Assembly: GCF_001194135.2 (NCBI RefSeq)
Contig: NC_068986.1
Span: forward strand, 111,521,560-111,585,559
Direction of reading: 5' to 3'
From: Octopus bimaculoides
Taxonomy: Eukaryota
DNA: 64,000 bases
Shown here: one piece after another, positions 26,466 to 40,027 of the stretch
How the letters are laid out: each line of letters opens with the position of its first letter
Position numbering within the stretch: position 1 is the stretch's first letter
Translations under genes and position numbers: made by a program
Notes under the pieces: model-generated
Databases searched by the model: none
What the model saw: only the letters and a program-made list of their open reading frames with translations
Told to the model about the DNA's origin: nothing

Positions 26466-27744
26466 GGTGTGTGTGTACATACATATAAATAGTATGTACG
26501 CGTATATAATATAATAGTAACGAATGTTTGCGAAAATGCATATATTTTGTAATGCAATATAGATAATCTTCAGAATCAGTGATAATACTTCAAACGTTTG
26601 TTTAAAAATTTGGAGAATTCTTTTGTCAAAAATGTATTACATGTAGGAATTTTTCCCATTTTCAATTGCTGAGATACTAATGCTCTTTAAAAATAAAAAT
26701 AGATAAATTAAAGGAAAGATATACACTCTGCAGGTGCATCCTAAACTAATATTGTTTTCCATTTATAGAAAATAACTTACTATATTAAGTCTTTAATTTA
26801 GTATAACTTATTTTTTCCTGATGTTATGTCATGCTGATGACTAGAAACTAGAATGAAATGGCACAATTCACGTTTGACCATCTCTAAACATTTTAAGACC
26901 TTTGTTACGTGTTAGGAAAAGGAAATAAAAAGGAATTTTTTTTCGTGTTATTGTAACTTAAAGTTGTTTCAGGTTTTCATTGCCTACGATGTACCTCGTA
27001 TTATATCGGACTGATGGGGAATAGTTCATTTTTCCAGAAGATGAGCTTATGTGAATGTTTATGAGTTAATGTTTACATTTCAGGCCCCAAAGGTTCCATT
27101 TCTTAAGAAAATAGAATAGATGTAAATTAAATTGAAATAATTGTGTTCACATTATATGAAGGCATCGTTATATCAATCACATTGACGTTTCGCATGATTT
27201 GATAAAACCAGTTATCGGATTCTTTTCTGTATTGTTGCTTCTTAAGGGAATGGTTAAATAAAAGGCCAGCAATTGGTCTGGTACGGTTTCAGGTGAAACA
27301 TCGGAAACGAATATTCTTTGCAGTTACTTTTAGCTATATATTCATAGCAGTTGCTACTTTACTATCTATGATCAACTAAAGAGTATCCAAAAGGTAATGC
27401 GAGAATAAAAAAAAAACTTACTTATATAACAAACTGAATTTGCTGCGTATGCATATTTGCATGCATGGATGTGTGCACGTATGTTGTTCACTATGCACTA
27501 TATATCAACCCTACTTGAAGGCAGCGAGGAAAAGGTTGGGTGAAGCATCATTATTAGGGTTCACGTAACTAATATTCTGTCACCTGTTGCATGAGGTGGC
27601 CATTGTTTCTAACTGAACTTAGAAACTATGAGAATATGTCTGTGAGGCTCGAAATCCATGAATAGATAGATAAAATGAAAGACAGTACTTTATGTCGCTT
27701 GTGTATATGTGGAAGTGTATGATGATATACACACATATATGTAT

Positions 27745-28008
27745 GTGTGTGTGTGTGTGTGGTGTATGTATATGTGTGTGTGGTGTGTGTGATGTGTGTG
27801 TGTGTGTGTGTGGTGTATGTATATGTGTGTGTGGTGTGTGTGTGTGTGGTGTATGTATATATGTGTGTGGTGTGTGTGATGTGTGTGATGTGTGTGTGTG
27901 TGTGTGTGGTGTATGTATAGGTGTGTGTGGTGGGTGTGTGTGGTGTGTGTGTGTGNNNNNNNNNNTGTGTGTGTGGTGTATGTATAGGTGTGTGTGGTGG
28001 GTGTGTGT

Positions 28009-28042
<34 letters not shown>
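27745..28042. repeat. Compound TG/TGG/TATG repeat with higher-order units
   Basis: Recurring GTGTGTGGTGTATGTATATGTGTGTGTGGTGTGTGTGAT-type units. Confidence 0.9.
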
Positions 28043-28043
<1 letters not shown>

Positions 28044-28051
28044 AAGGTGAA

Positions 28052-28370
28052 GGCGCGTGGCTTAGTGGTTCGAGTATTCGGCTCCCGATCGTAAGGTCGT
28101 GATTTCAGTTCCCGGCGACGCTCTGTGTATTTAAGCAAGACACTTTATTTCACGTTGCATCAGTCCACTCAGCTGCCGAAAATGAGTAGTAAATGTATTT
28201 TAAAGGGCCAGCCTTGTCACACTATGTGTCACGCTGAATATCCCTGAGAACTACGTTAAGTGTACATGTGACTGTGGAGTGCTCAGCCATTTGCACGTTA
28301 ATTTCACGAGCAAGCTGTTCCCTTGATTATATCAGCTAAGACACTCGTCGTCGTAATCGACAGAGTGCTC
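28052..28370 (+). mobile_element. tRNA-derived SINE, family B (CORE-like central domain)
   Basis: A-box TGGCTTAGTGG, degenerate B-box GATTTCAGTTCC, then GCAAGACACTTTATTTCACGTTGCATCAGTCCACTCAGCTG...AAAATGAGTA. Confidence 0.75.
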
Positions 28371-28474
28371 GAGGTTATAAATTGAATATTAATTTAATTA
28401 ACTTCAATTTAAAACCAATGCCCTAGCATATAAGAAAATTTTTAAATTCAGAAAAATTGTATTACATGCGTATA

Positions 28475-28835
28475 AGAAGAGATGACCACTAAGTGGATAT
28501 CCGATATGCTAGAAAAAGATTATCTACGATCTAACCACAAAGAAAAGAATGTTCTCCAGAAAAATATCAGCAAGCACTAGAAAATAAGCGGGCAAGACAT
28601 GAAAATATACAAAATAAAGAATTAATCGTAGACCGGGTTTCGCCATTAACGCTTTTACTTGCGTAAAATCATCCGTTACGTTTAATTCTTTATTTTGTAT
28701 CTTTTCATTTGTCTAGCCCGCTTATGTTCTGGTGTTTGCTGAATTTTTTTCTGGAGAACATTCCTTTCTTCGTGGTTAGACCGAAAATGATCTTTTTGTA
28801 GCATATGGGATGTCCACTTAGTGATCATCCCTTCT
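28475..28835. mobile_element. Fold-back/MITE-like element with ~156-bp inverted arms, flanked by TATA on both sides
   Basis: Left arm 28475-28630 (AGAAGAGATGACCACTAAGTGGATATCC...) pairs imperfectly along its length with right arm 28677-28835 (...GGATGTCCACTTAGTGATCATCCCTTCT); 46-bp spacer. Confidence 0.9.
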
Positions 28836-30059
28836 TATACGTATATATATATATATNNNNNNNNNNNNNNNNNNNNNNNNNNNNNNNNNNNNNNNNNNNN
28901 NNNNNNNNNNNNNNNNNNNNNNNNNNNNNNNNNNNNNNNNNNNNNNNNNNNNNNNNNNNNNNNNNNNNNNNNNNNNNNNNNNNNNNNNNNNNNNNNNNNN
29001 NNNNNNNNNNNNNNNNNNNNNNNNNNNNNNNNNNNNNNNNNNNNNNNNNNNNNNNNNNNNNNNNNNNNNNNNNNNNNNNNNNNNNNNNNNNNNNNNNNNN
29101 NNNNNNNNNNNNNNNNNNNNNNNNNNNNNNNNNNNNNNNNNNNNNNNNNNNNNNNNNNNNNNNNNNNNNNNNNNNNNNNNNNNNNNNNNNNNNNNNNNNN
29201 NNNNNNNNNNNNNNNNNNNNNNNNNNNNNNNNNNNNNNNNNNNNNNNNNNNNNNNNNNNNNNNNNNNNNNNNNNNNNNNNNNNNNNNNNNNNNNNNNNNN
29301 NNNNNNNNNNNNNNNNNNNNNNNNNNNNNNNNNNNNNNNNNNNNNNNNNNNNNNNNNNNNNNNNNNNNNNNNNNNNNNNNNNNNNNNNNNNNNNNNNNNN
29401 NNNNNNNNNNNNNNNNNNNNNNNNNNNNNNNNNNNNNNNNNNNNNNNNNNNNNNNNNNNNNNNNNNNNNNNNNNNNNNNNNNNNNNNNNNNNNNNNNNNN
29501 NNNNNNNNNNNNNNNNNNNNNNNNNNNNNNNNNNNNNNNNNNNNNNNNNNNNNNNNNNNNNNNNNNNNNNNNNNNNNNNNNNNNNNNNNNNNNNNNNNNN
29601 TATTTATATATATATATATATATATTTGATATTTGCTCGGCACTGGTATAAATATACGCAGCCACGTTGTTCTTCCTTCGAAATTGCAATGAACTATCAA
29701 TCGACCTTAAGAAACTGCATTATTAACGGCACTGACGTTTTAGTACGTTTGATAGAAAATTAGAAGAAAGATGTTTAACACTTTGTCTTCCTAAATCTTT
29801 AAGGATTTAGTCAGTTTATTTATTTTTTTTCATTTAAAGTAATTACTCATGTTTTGTGGTGGTTCAAAATTGTTTTGTGACGCATGAAACCCGTAAGGAC
29901 TTTCCATCTTGTACCTTTCATTGCGTTGTCTATTCGTCAGCTTCTTTTGATAATGTCGTAGAGCTGGTTTCGAGAAAGTATTTTCTTTCAGCTCTTGTTG
30001 GTAGATCATTAAAGAATGATTCTTTCACATAAACTTCATACTCGTCATCGCCATCGCTG

Positions 30060-30093
30060 TACTAGTAGCAGTAGCAGCAGCAGCAGTAGTAGC

Positions 30094-30135
<42 letters not shown>

Positions 30136-30308
30136 TGCAGTATTAGTAGCGGTGGTGGTGGTGGCGGTGGTATTAGTAGTAGTGGTTGTAGCGGCGGCGG
30201 CAGGTACAGTAGCAGCAGCAGCAGCAGTAGTAGTGGTAGCGGTGGTGGCGGTTGTAGTAGTAGTAGTGGTAGTAGTACTAGTAGTAGTAGTAGTAGTAAT
30301 AGTAGTAG
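30060..30308. repeat. Compound trinucleotide repeat (TAG/CAG/TGG/CGG)n
   Basis: Directly visible; source of the poly-S/T/V ORFs. Confidence 0.95.
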
Positions 30309-31050
30309 TACTTGGTTTTCTTGTTGCTAATGCTGCAGTAAAAGCAGCAGTAGAAGCTGAAAGCACATTATCAGTGCAGCTGCGACAAGCCTGAGAATTA
30401 AACATGGGAATTGATATTTATGCATCTGATCTGCCAACTGGACATGGTAGCGACATGGACCATCAACCCTATCACCATTACATGATATTTCTCTTATACA
30501 GCCTAACTAAACATATATTCGCTTCAGTGTGTTTCTCTAGAGGAGAGAGGGTGTTATTCAGGTATTCTCACACCGTGGAGATCAACGTAACTATTGTCAC
30601 ATCCATCCTGTAACGTTTGCAAATTGACAAACACAAATATAATTTGCAGGAATATAATTCATTAAGTTAGCCACTGTGGGAACGAGAAACGGTGTCGAAT
30701 TTTGGCGCTTTGAAGTGAACAGAATATGCGCATCCAGGAGCAGAGAGATTAGCCATTCGAGAATACCCAAGTTACGTAGGCGCAACGTGTTTCAGTTTAT
30801 AGGGGAACTAAGCATTTAGCAGTGCAGCTAGAATTAAGAGATATACCTCATATGACCTGAAGGTTCAAGTATGTGAGTGAACGAGTATATGAGAATCACT
30901 TAAGTATCAGATATGGGAGCAATATTCTATTACTGGTTTCGATTCAGCCTTGACCAATTTGCTTTCTACTACAGGAATAAACTTTAAGCTAGTTGTTATG
31001 AAATGGCAAGAATCTATTGTACTTTCTTTGCAATGATTTATCCCTCGCAA

Positions 31051-31264
31051 GGTGGCGCACTGGCAGACACGATAGCACGGCGGGTGAAATGCTTAGCGAT
31101 ATTTCGTCGGTTTTTCCGTTCTGAGCTCAAATTCAACCGAGCTTGACTTTGACATCTATCCTTTTGGGTCGATAAATTAAGTACCAGTTACGTACTGTGG
31201 AGGATCTAATCTACTGACCCCCTATCCAAATATTTCAGTCGTTGTGCCTAGAATAGAAAAGAAT
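31051..31264 (+). mobile_element. tRNA-derived SINE, family C (near full length)
   Basis: Head GGTGGCGCACTGGCAGACACGATAGCACGGCGGGTGAAATGCTTAGCG, B-box-like GAGCTCAAATTC, tail GCCTAGAATAGAAAAGAAT. Confidence 0.85.
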
Positions 31265-34007
31265 GTATGCCTCTCTTTTGTTATTTTGTTACTCACTGGA
31301 ACTTAAATTATTCCTCGATTCCTTGCAGTATCTTTCAAACGTCTCCCAACGGATTTGCTCGTAGATGTAACTTCAGCAAATGTGCAATACAAACACTGTC
31401 ACATAATCACTAGTGCAACTGTATAGACCCTTCGTTAATATGATGCATCCACTTAGGTATGTATCATACAATAAGCCACTGAGTGTAATTGCATATCACG
31501 TCAACAGTAGCCGATATAGTCTATACGCCCACTTAGAGCTTTCGTATTACAGGTGTACTCCTCTAAACATTCACACACACACACACATCACGATATACTT
31601 CATGAATCGTTGGAGCAGGAATAGGGAATATTATAGTTAGACCGTAGAATAGGCCTTATTCATTATAGCAAATTTAAAAGAGTATTCCTGATATGCGTAC
31701 ATATGTGTGTATGAGCGAATATAGTTGTGTGTTAATATTTGTGTACATGTGCGTGTGTATTTCCGTAGTATGCTTTTATCAGAAGAATATGTCTGCTATC
31801 TCTTAAAATATCGCCGCTGTAATTGGGAGAATATATTCGCCTATGACATATGCTAGAGTGAGCAGCTTATTTTGCGTCTGAACCTGCCTAGTAATACTCA
31901 TGCGAATAATCATTAATATACACTGTATTATTTCTACAGCTCTTTTCATTTTTTTTATATACTTATTCTTTCCAGCTTAGAAATTGAAATAACGATGTGT
32001 TCTTAATTCCTTTCGATATTTTCATTACTTTCCGTCTTCTGTGGTTTTCTCATGTCTCCGATGCAACCGTTTCATATACATGACAAGATTGTGGCTATTA
32101 TTGGTAGGTATACGGCTTCGTCAGTTTTAGAAATTTTACATTTTATAAGCTTTTTTAGTGAAACGTTTAACAGAGCTACCTTGCCATATACATGCCCTGG
32201 TACGTGTACGTTTGGATAATTAATACTGTTACTTTCTTCCTATAATGAAATTGTTCAAATCTAATTGCGAGGTTGAAAGTTCACAAAGATTTGGGGAACG
32301 TCATGTATATTAAGTGACCTTAGCACATATTGCAATTAAATAAACAGTTTTCTCTTTTTCCTTACTCCATCGTGCTTGCAGGCCTTGAAATATATCAAGG
32401 GTACTACATCCCCATTATAGGCCATACAAAATTATATATATTACCCTAGCAAAACAGATTTAAATACACAAATGACACAATCAGTAACAGCAGCATTGTT
32501 CCTGATTCGTGAAATTAAAGTGTTGAATTCAGTTTCATTTTATTTTACTTTTTCCGAAATGTACTAAGTTAATGGATCAGTCTTTTATGATATCCCTCAT
32601 TCCCTTACACACGTATCTGCAGAATTCAATCCAGTCTTCATATATTTTCACACAGATTTAAACAACGTAGACATATGGAATATATTTATGCAGCCAAGCA
32701 AAATGAGCTTCGTAGACTTAGATTAAACCACGGACACATCCACTTGTGAAAAATGTACTCTTTTCTCATCAAATTCGACCGCACACTAGGTTAGATATAT
32801 AATAGAAAGAAATGCTTCTTTCAGAGTCCCACTAACCTGCCCATCCTAAACCATGATAGAAACACTTTCACACCATTTTTAATCGAATATATATGACTTA
32901 CATACGTGACCTCGATATAATTGTTTTTACAGAAACGTCATTAATTTTCTTCGAGAATATAGCATTAATTCCGTTCTTCAAGAAAAGCTTATAATGATAT
33001 AGTTATATTTTCATTATATTTTACAGCTCTAAATTATTTAAATGTTCTTTTTTTTCTTAAGCGAAAAGCTTCATTAAATACTGTCATCTTTACAAACACA
33101 AACATACACATACGCACATACAAACATTCACAAATACACCGAAGCACGCACTGACATACATTCACCCACACACATTTATATACACAGATACAATCAATAA
33201 ACAGAGGTGCTTATATATGCTGAGTAACCAAGGTTTGTTTGCATATATATAATTTGTATTTTTGCAATGTGAACAAATACATACAAATATTTTAATATAT
33301 ATGTGAGTGCGTGGGTCTATTAATATGTGTGTTTGTTTGTGTGCATGTATGTTGAAGTGTGTGTGCGCGCATGTATGTATGGAAAATAGATTTTTTTTTT
33401 TGTATCGCTATATATTATTTATAGCAATGAAACGAAACTTCAAAGAACGTCGTCACAATGCAGGATCGATCAGCTTTTTCAGAATTTCGTGTTGTATATT
33501 AATTACATATTTAATCCTCTGAGTAATGTGACATGTGTGTTTAGCTGTTCTATTTAAAAATGTATATGCACATGCACAGTGTATATATATGTATATATGT
33601 ATGCATGTAAGTATCTGTATATATATAGACACACACACACAAACTACGAAGAGATATACGACAGGATCGACATGCTAAAGATGCCTCGGCGTGAGATCGA
33701 AATAGAAACCTGGCTGGTCGGAAACAGACTTCTTAACGCCATAATCATGCAAACATGTACCTATATCTACATATCAATTTTATTATCTATCATGTATTTC
33801 TGCGACTACCTATCCAGGCTTCTATTTACGTGCATGTGCACATACATAAGTACACACACACACGTACAGACACGCATGCACACACACACACGCACAGACA
33901 CACACACTCACGCACACTCACACACACACATATATAGGTATATAGATAGATGTATCTAAATAGACAGACATATGTATATGTGTGTTTTGAGTTTGTATAC
34001 CTGTGTC

Positions 34008-34074
<67 letters not shown>

Positions 34075-36221
34075 GTACAACCATATCTATTAGTTTTCGT
34101 AACCTCTTGGCTAAGATTATACTACACACACATACACACGCACATGCATACACACACATTCAGCCACACGCACACACTCAATACCTGTATCGAAATATTA
34201 TAAGTTCTCAGTTCGCATGATACATTTGTATAAACATATGCATATATTTAACCATAAAATTGATAGGTCTTTCTGGTAAACCTCATTGGATATTTGCAGC
34301 CTCATTATGTAAAAGATACATAAATAATACAATTTATACATATGTTATGTAAGGAATGTAAAGAGTAGCTTGATAGACATTTAAGAAGCACTGTAAATAT
34401 TTAAAAGCTAAACGTACATTGACTTTTTCTTTTTTTTTTTTCCTTTTTGGGCCAGATTAAATACAGGTAAAGAGATGTCTTCTATTTAATTGGATTTTCC
34501 TGTTTAAAAATTCTCTTTTATGTTATAACTATATATGAAAGAATCTATAAATATATGTACAATTACATCATTGATATAAAACACTGTTTTACTACGATAA
34601 CTGTGTGCCAATGTAAGTTTGAACTACATCAGTGTTGGCAGCTACGTGGTCTCAAAGGAAATATAAATTTGTTGAATTTACTTAAGTTTTAATATATATA
34701 TAGAAATTGTTATAACCGTTTCCCGAAAAGTGTTGCTATTTTTCATGCGTTGCTATTCTTGTTCTTACTATTCCTGCTGTTTATATCCATTTTTCAGCCT
34801 TGAACCAACATACCTGCATTGAAAGGCATCTATTTTGGATAACAAAAACAAATTTCCCCAAACTGATCTATATTTTATGATAAACTATAATGTGATTTAA
34901 GGGTGATTTTGCTACTATGTTTAGCAGACCGCGTGTTAATACAGATACCTCTATATAAATGCAGCAAATATGTATTTCTCTTTTGAAGCTGTTGTTGTTG
35001 TTGATGGAGATTATTATAATAATTGTTATCAAGTGTGATCTACTTCAGTAATCGTGTCCAATTCAGTATTCACACTCACATTGACAGGTTTTCCAACTCT
35101 AACAACCACATTTTTGCGTTTGTAAGCTAATCTGTTGTCGAAATAACCTTATTTCCCTTCTAAGATAGAAGGCTATCTATGAGAGTACGTGGCTTCTATT
35201 TCTCGCAAAGCGTGCGACCAATTTCATTTCATCCCATTAGGTCTTGTTAATTACAGTGTTAAAGGGTATTGCTGATGTCATATAATCTGGATTTTCCTAT
35301 TCCTTCAAGACATTGGTTAAATTCATTGTGTGACCATCCTGTCTTTGCTGGCCTGAATTGTAATTTTAAACTACATCCGGCAATATAGTAGTCGTACTTT
35401 AGAAGCAATAGAACGAAACTTGACTGCTAATTCTAGCGGGACGGAAAGCGTTTTCTTGTTGCTTTTTTTTATATTCCTGTTGTTATTTATCTCCAACTCA
35501 ACTTTAGAGTGCACCATCTAGTCTTTCCTGTTGCACATTTACAAAATTAAGTATTACGTTTAAAAGATTTTACTGTTATTTCTAGCATATTAGAAAACGT
35601 TTGCTGGTTTAAATCCATTGTGTTATTTAAAATCTCTTGGAATATTATCAGTTCGATATTGCATAACCAATAATAAGAGAGATCTTCAAGGAATAAAAAT
35701 ACCAAAATAATTTCCATTTACGTAAACAACAGAATCAATTCCCATTGATTAGTAACAAGTCAGCTAGGTCATTGAACAGAAATCGAATTCTGATTGATAG
35801 AATAGTCCTAGTAAAAACAGGTTCATAAAATTATCGAAAACACAATCTCTTAAATCTGGAACTAAACAATATATGCCGAAATGATAATGAAACTTTTGCT
35901 TATAGGTGTTCATCATTTTAAATTTAGTGAAAATTTCTGATCTGGAAATCCGAGGTGGGGTGTATTTCTTGGGTGTTAAAGCGATATATGATCTATTACT
36001 ACGGATGTTTCTACGGTTTTCGAATTCTAGACGTCTTATTAAAACCTGCTTTGACAACATCTCCGATGCATGAAACTATTAGTAGCTCCTCGACGTGTAT
36101 ACTCGACGAAAATTTCAAGACAGAATGGAAAGGAACAATTCTGTGATTAGACCTCTGTGGTAGCATATATATCACGACGTAGATTTTATGTACAAACTCT
36201 TTCCAGCCATATCGTGTTACA

Positions 36222-36259
<38 letters not shown>

Positions 36260-37083
36260 TATATGCTGCCGCATTGGTCTACTCTCAGAATTGTTTCTTT
36301 CCATTTTGTTATATGCTCGTCTGGTTATGGAATAACCAGGCAAGCATATAACAGCATAACTTAGGATCTTTAGTGAGACACAACTTTATGTGTCGATGTA
36401 CCTGATGAGATGAGACTCAGACTGCAAAATGGTGATAACACAATATGTTGAATGGAGTCCCACCCATAAGGAACATTAGCAGGATGGGTCGAAATGACTG
36501 TTGTACAAAATAAAGACTAATACCAAATCCATCTTTTGAATGCTTAAGAAATTATTATTATTATTTCAACTAACACTGAAGTAGTTCCTGAAGTAGATCC
36601 AACGGAAATATACCCCGACTGCGGATGACACTTACCAAATAACCCAAACTGAGTCAGTGCTCTACTAAACACGTCAACTCAACTAATCAACGGATACCCA
36701 TTAGTCCAAAATATTACCTATGTATATATATATANNNNNNNNNNNNNNNNNNNNNNNNNNNNNNNNNNNNNNNNNNNNNNNNNNNNNNNNNNNNNNNNNN
36801 NNNNNNNNNNNNNNNNNNNNNNNNNNNNNNNNNNNNNNNNNNNNNNNNNNNNNNNNNNNNNNNNNNNNNNNNNNNNNNNNNNNNNNNNNNNNNNNNNNNN
36901 NNNNNNNNNNNNNNNNNNNNNNNNNNNNNNNNNNNNNNNNNNNNNNNNNNNNNNNNNNNNNNNNNNNNNNNNNNNNNNNNNNNNNNNNNNNNNNNNNNNN
37001 NNNNNNNNNNNNNNNNNNNNNNNNNNNNNNNNNNNNNNNNNNNNNNNNNNNNNNNNNNTATATATATATATATATATATGCTA

Positions 37084-37263
37084 GGTGCAGATGTGGCTGT
37101 CTGGCAAGATGATTGCTTCCCAACCACATGCTTCCGGGTTCAATCCCACTGCGTGACTCTTTGGGCAAGTATCTTCTACTATAGCCTCGGGCTGACTAAA
37201 GTCATGTGAGTGGATTTAGTAGACCGAAACCGAAGGGACCCTGTCGTACACACACACACACAC

Positions 37264-37308
<45 letters not shown>

Positions 37309-37550
37309 TATATATATATATGTGTGTGCGTGTGTGTTTGTGTGTGTGTTTGTGTGTGTATTTGTGTGTCTGTATTTGTTCACACACGATGTTGGTGTGT
37401 TTACGTCCACATAACTTAGCGTTTCGACAATGTGAAGCCGATAAAATAAGTACTAGGCTTACAAAGAACACGTCCTGGGGTCGATTTGTCTGACTAAAGG
37501 TGGTGCTCCAGCGTAGCCGCAGTCAAATGACTAAAGCAAGAAAAAGGATC
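37084..37550 (+). mobile_element. tRNA-derived SINE, family A, full length
   Basis: A-box-like TGTGGCTGTCTGG, B-box GGGTTCAATCCC, central (CA)(TA)(TG) tract, tail 1 ending GGTGCTCCAGCGTAGCCGCAGTCAAATGACTAAAGCAAG. Confidence 0.88.
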
Positions 37551-38186
37551 AAATAATATATGAATATTATCTGACGTACCATGTAATTCTCGCAAAAGAG
37601 GGGCTTATCCTTTGGTTCCGTTCCCATAATTGCTTCGCTAAACCATTAACAAGAATACAAAGTATGCAGCGCTTAAAACGGTTGAGGTGCAGAGAATGCC
37701 GAAATGTCTTACACAGGATCTTGTTTTTAGGAATTCCCAGTAACTTATGAATATCCAAATTGAAATAACATGAAATTAGTTACCCGATAGTCAGAATTCA
37801 AATAAAGTAGCCCCGAAAAGGGCTTTAATGCGTTGCTAGTGTATATAGAACTTAGGAGGAAATACCAATAAGGTATGTATAACAAAATCTTGAAGCACGT
37901 TACGTAATAACAGGTTAATGGGATATGAGACAATAACAATTCATAATAAATAACTCTGAAATGAGCTTTTGTGCGTTTCCAGAGAAGATAATCCTTGGGG
38001 CCGCTAGTTTTGAAATAGATTTTCAATGAATGTAGAAACAGATTGAAATTTAGTTTTACAGTAGTCATACAAATACATTTGCATGTAGATTTTAAAATAA
38101 AATAACATGTAGATTATCGATACATTTACAACACTTACAAATATTAAAGTTAAATAATAAATACTTGATGATTTGGTGAATCCTAT

Positions 38187-39750
38187 TCAGTTTGAAGAGC
38201 TTCTTGATAAACAACATTTTTGGTCTCCCCTTGTGGAGGAATAAACAAATGATTAGGATTGCCGACTCTTGAGCATCCCACAAAATGTTGGCCATAGCAG
38301 AAAACTGGCTTCACAAGGTCTAAACCTAACACATCTACGGACTGCACCTATGCCTTGACAATGCTCATTGGAACGCTCAGTTTCAACGGGAATAGTAGGC
38401 ACTTTTATTGGTAAGACATATCCAAGGGAATAAGTGGAATTCTATAAATGAATTCAGGCTCACACCTTGCTTTAGCAGTCAATTTTTTTGTCTCCAAAAC
38501 TGTTGGCATCGTCTTCTTCTTCTAAGTCGTGTGTCATTGCAAGCCTTTTGTGGATCGAGGTTTAGAAGCAGCATAACTGATACACCAATCTTGAGGTGGA
38601 ATTTGTGAGGCGGTATGCCGGGCGGTGTTAGACTATTCAAGAATTCAACTGAATAATTCACAGATTCATCGGTGTTGAGTAGAGTGTCAATGGAATTGTA
38701 GATGTGACGCTCACCTGGCAACTGTTCCAGAAGTGTAAAGTTCAAATCATCAACTTTCACATTCTTTGGAGATAAAATGGCACGAGTTTTCAGCCAGTTG
38801 TGATCTGTAAACAGATTTCTCAGGTTAGGAAATAGTTCATTAGTTCCTTTAACTTAGATATCATATGTCCAAACGGCAAACTTATCAGCCCATCCTTCTC
38901 ACCAACCGAAGTGCTATTACCGACATCCAACAGTTGCTTTGAAAAGGTTCTATCTGCATCACTTAGCTGCACTCTTATGTTGGTTGTGAGTTTTAGCTTT
39001 TGTGCACTGCTACATAGGTAGGACGACATTATGCTGGCAGTTGCCTCATCAGCTCTTGTCCCCTTTGGAACCACGAGAAGAGTTTGTATAAGGTCTCCTG
39101 CAAGCAAGACTGTGGTAACTCTTATAAGCCTGGTGCTGTATCTCAGATCCCGAAGGGCCATGTCAAGAGCTTCAAAGGAAACCTTATAGCTCATTGTCGC
39201 TTCAGCCCAGTTGATCAACCTGCATTCACTCAAAAGTTTGCCTTTTATAGAACCACGACTGATGTTGCAGTTTGTCGTCTCTTTCTTTGACAGGTTCAAA
39301 GTGAGTTTGAGACAGGAATGAGCTGTGTTTCATTTGACGCAGTTTAGCCAGAAGTAGGTTGAAGATAAAAGTCTTGCCAGTTCCACCTGGAGCATCTAGA
39401 AAGAAAAACCTCCTCTTTCACTTTCAATGCTCGAAGTAATGGTGTTATAAACGCCCAGTTGGTCCTCCATCAGTTTGTGTTATTTATCAGCTATATTTGC
39501 CATCATTTCCTCGATGCCGTATCTGATTTCTCCCAGTTACCCAATTGCGAGATTGTTTGCCGTCTGCCCCGGTCGCAGCAGACATTGTGTGGCAATGCCT
39601 TGACTGCCCATAGCTTGCACTAGGATGACCAGGTCAACTAACACCTCATAGTAAATATCGATATCGAACGTGGCAATTTTCGTTGAGGTTTGCCTTGCAT
39701 TCCTTTGTAAGATAGCCTCTGTCATCAGCATGACACAGAAGTGCTGGTAA
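38187..39750 (-). mobile_element. Decayed Helitron RepHel C-terminal Pif1-like SF1 helicase
   Basis: Minus frames give Walker A FFLDAPGGTGKT (~39370-39405), CRLINWAEATMSYKVSFEALD, VLLAGDLIQTLLVVPKGTRADE, VEFLNSLTPPGIPPH..LKIG..MLLLNL..CNDTRL, RIPLIP, PVFCYGQHFVGCSRVG and TKNVVYQEAL* (stop 38187-38189); several frameshifts and stops. Confidence 0.95.
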
Positions 39751-39943
39751 GTAACAAACATAGTATTAAATTGGAGCTCGTTCGATATTTTCTTATGTGT
39801 CGAAAAGCGTATAAAAGGAAAAATCTCCGAGATATATAAATATTCCAGTAATGTTCTCACATATTTTCAAACAATTTTCATTCACACCAACACAGAAAAT
39901 ATGAATACACACGTACAAGCATGTGTTCGTATGGTTTTACATG

Positions 39944-40027
<84 letters not shown>

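Noticed and set aside
30016-30405. Ser/Gly-, Thr- or Val-rich ORFs
   Set aside because: Compound trinucleotide microsatellite open in several frames.
36617-36658. Hammerhead-like CGGATGA...CAAAC-TGA-GTC
   Set aside because: No stem II pairing and two core mismatches.
37808-37840. Hairpin AGCCC/GGGCT + 11 nt + CTAG|T resembling a Helitron 3' end
   Set aside because: Only a 5-bp stem, and on the strand opposite the adjacent helicase.
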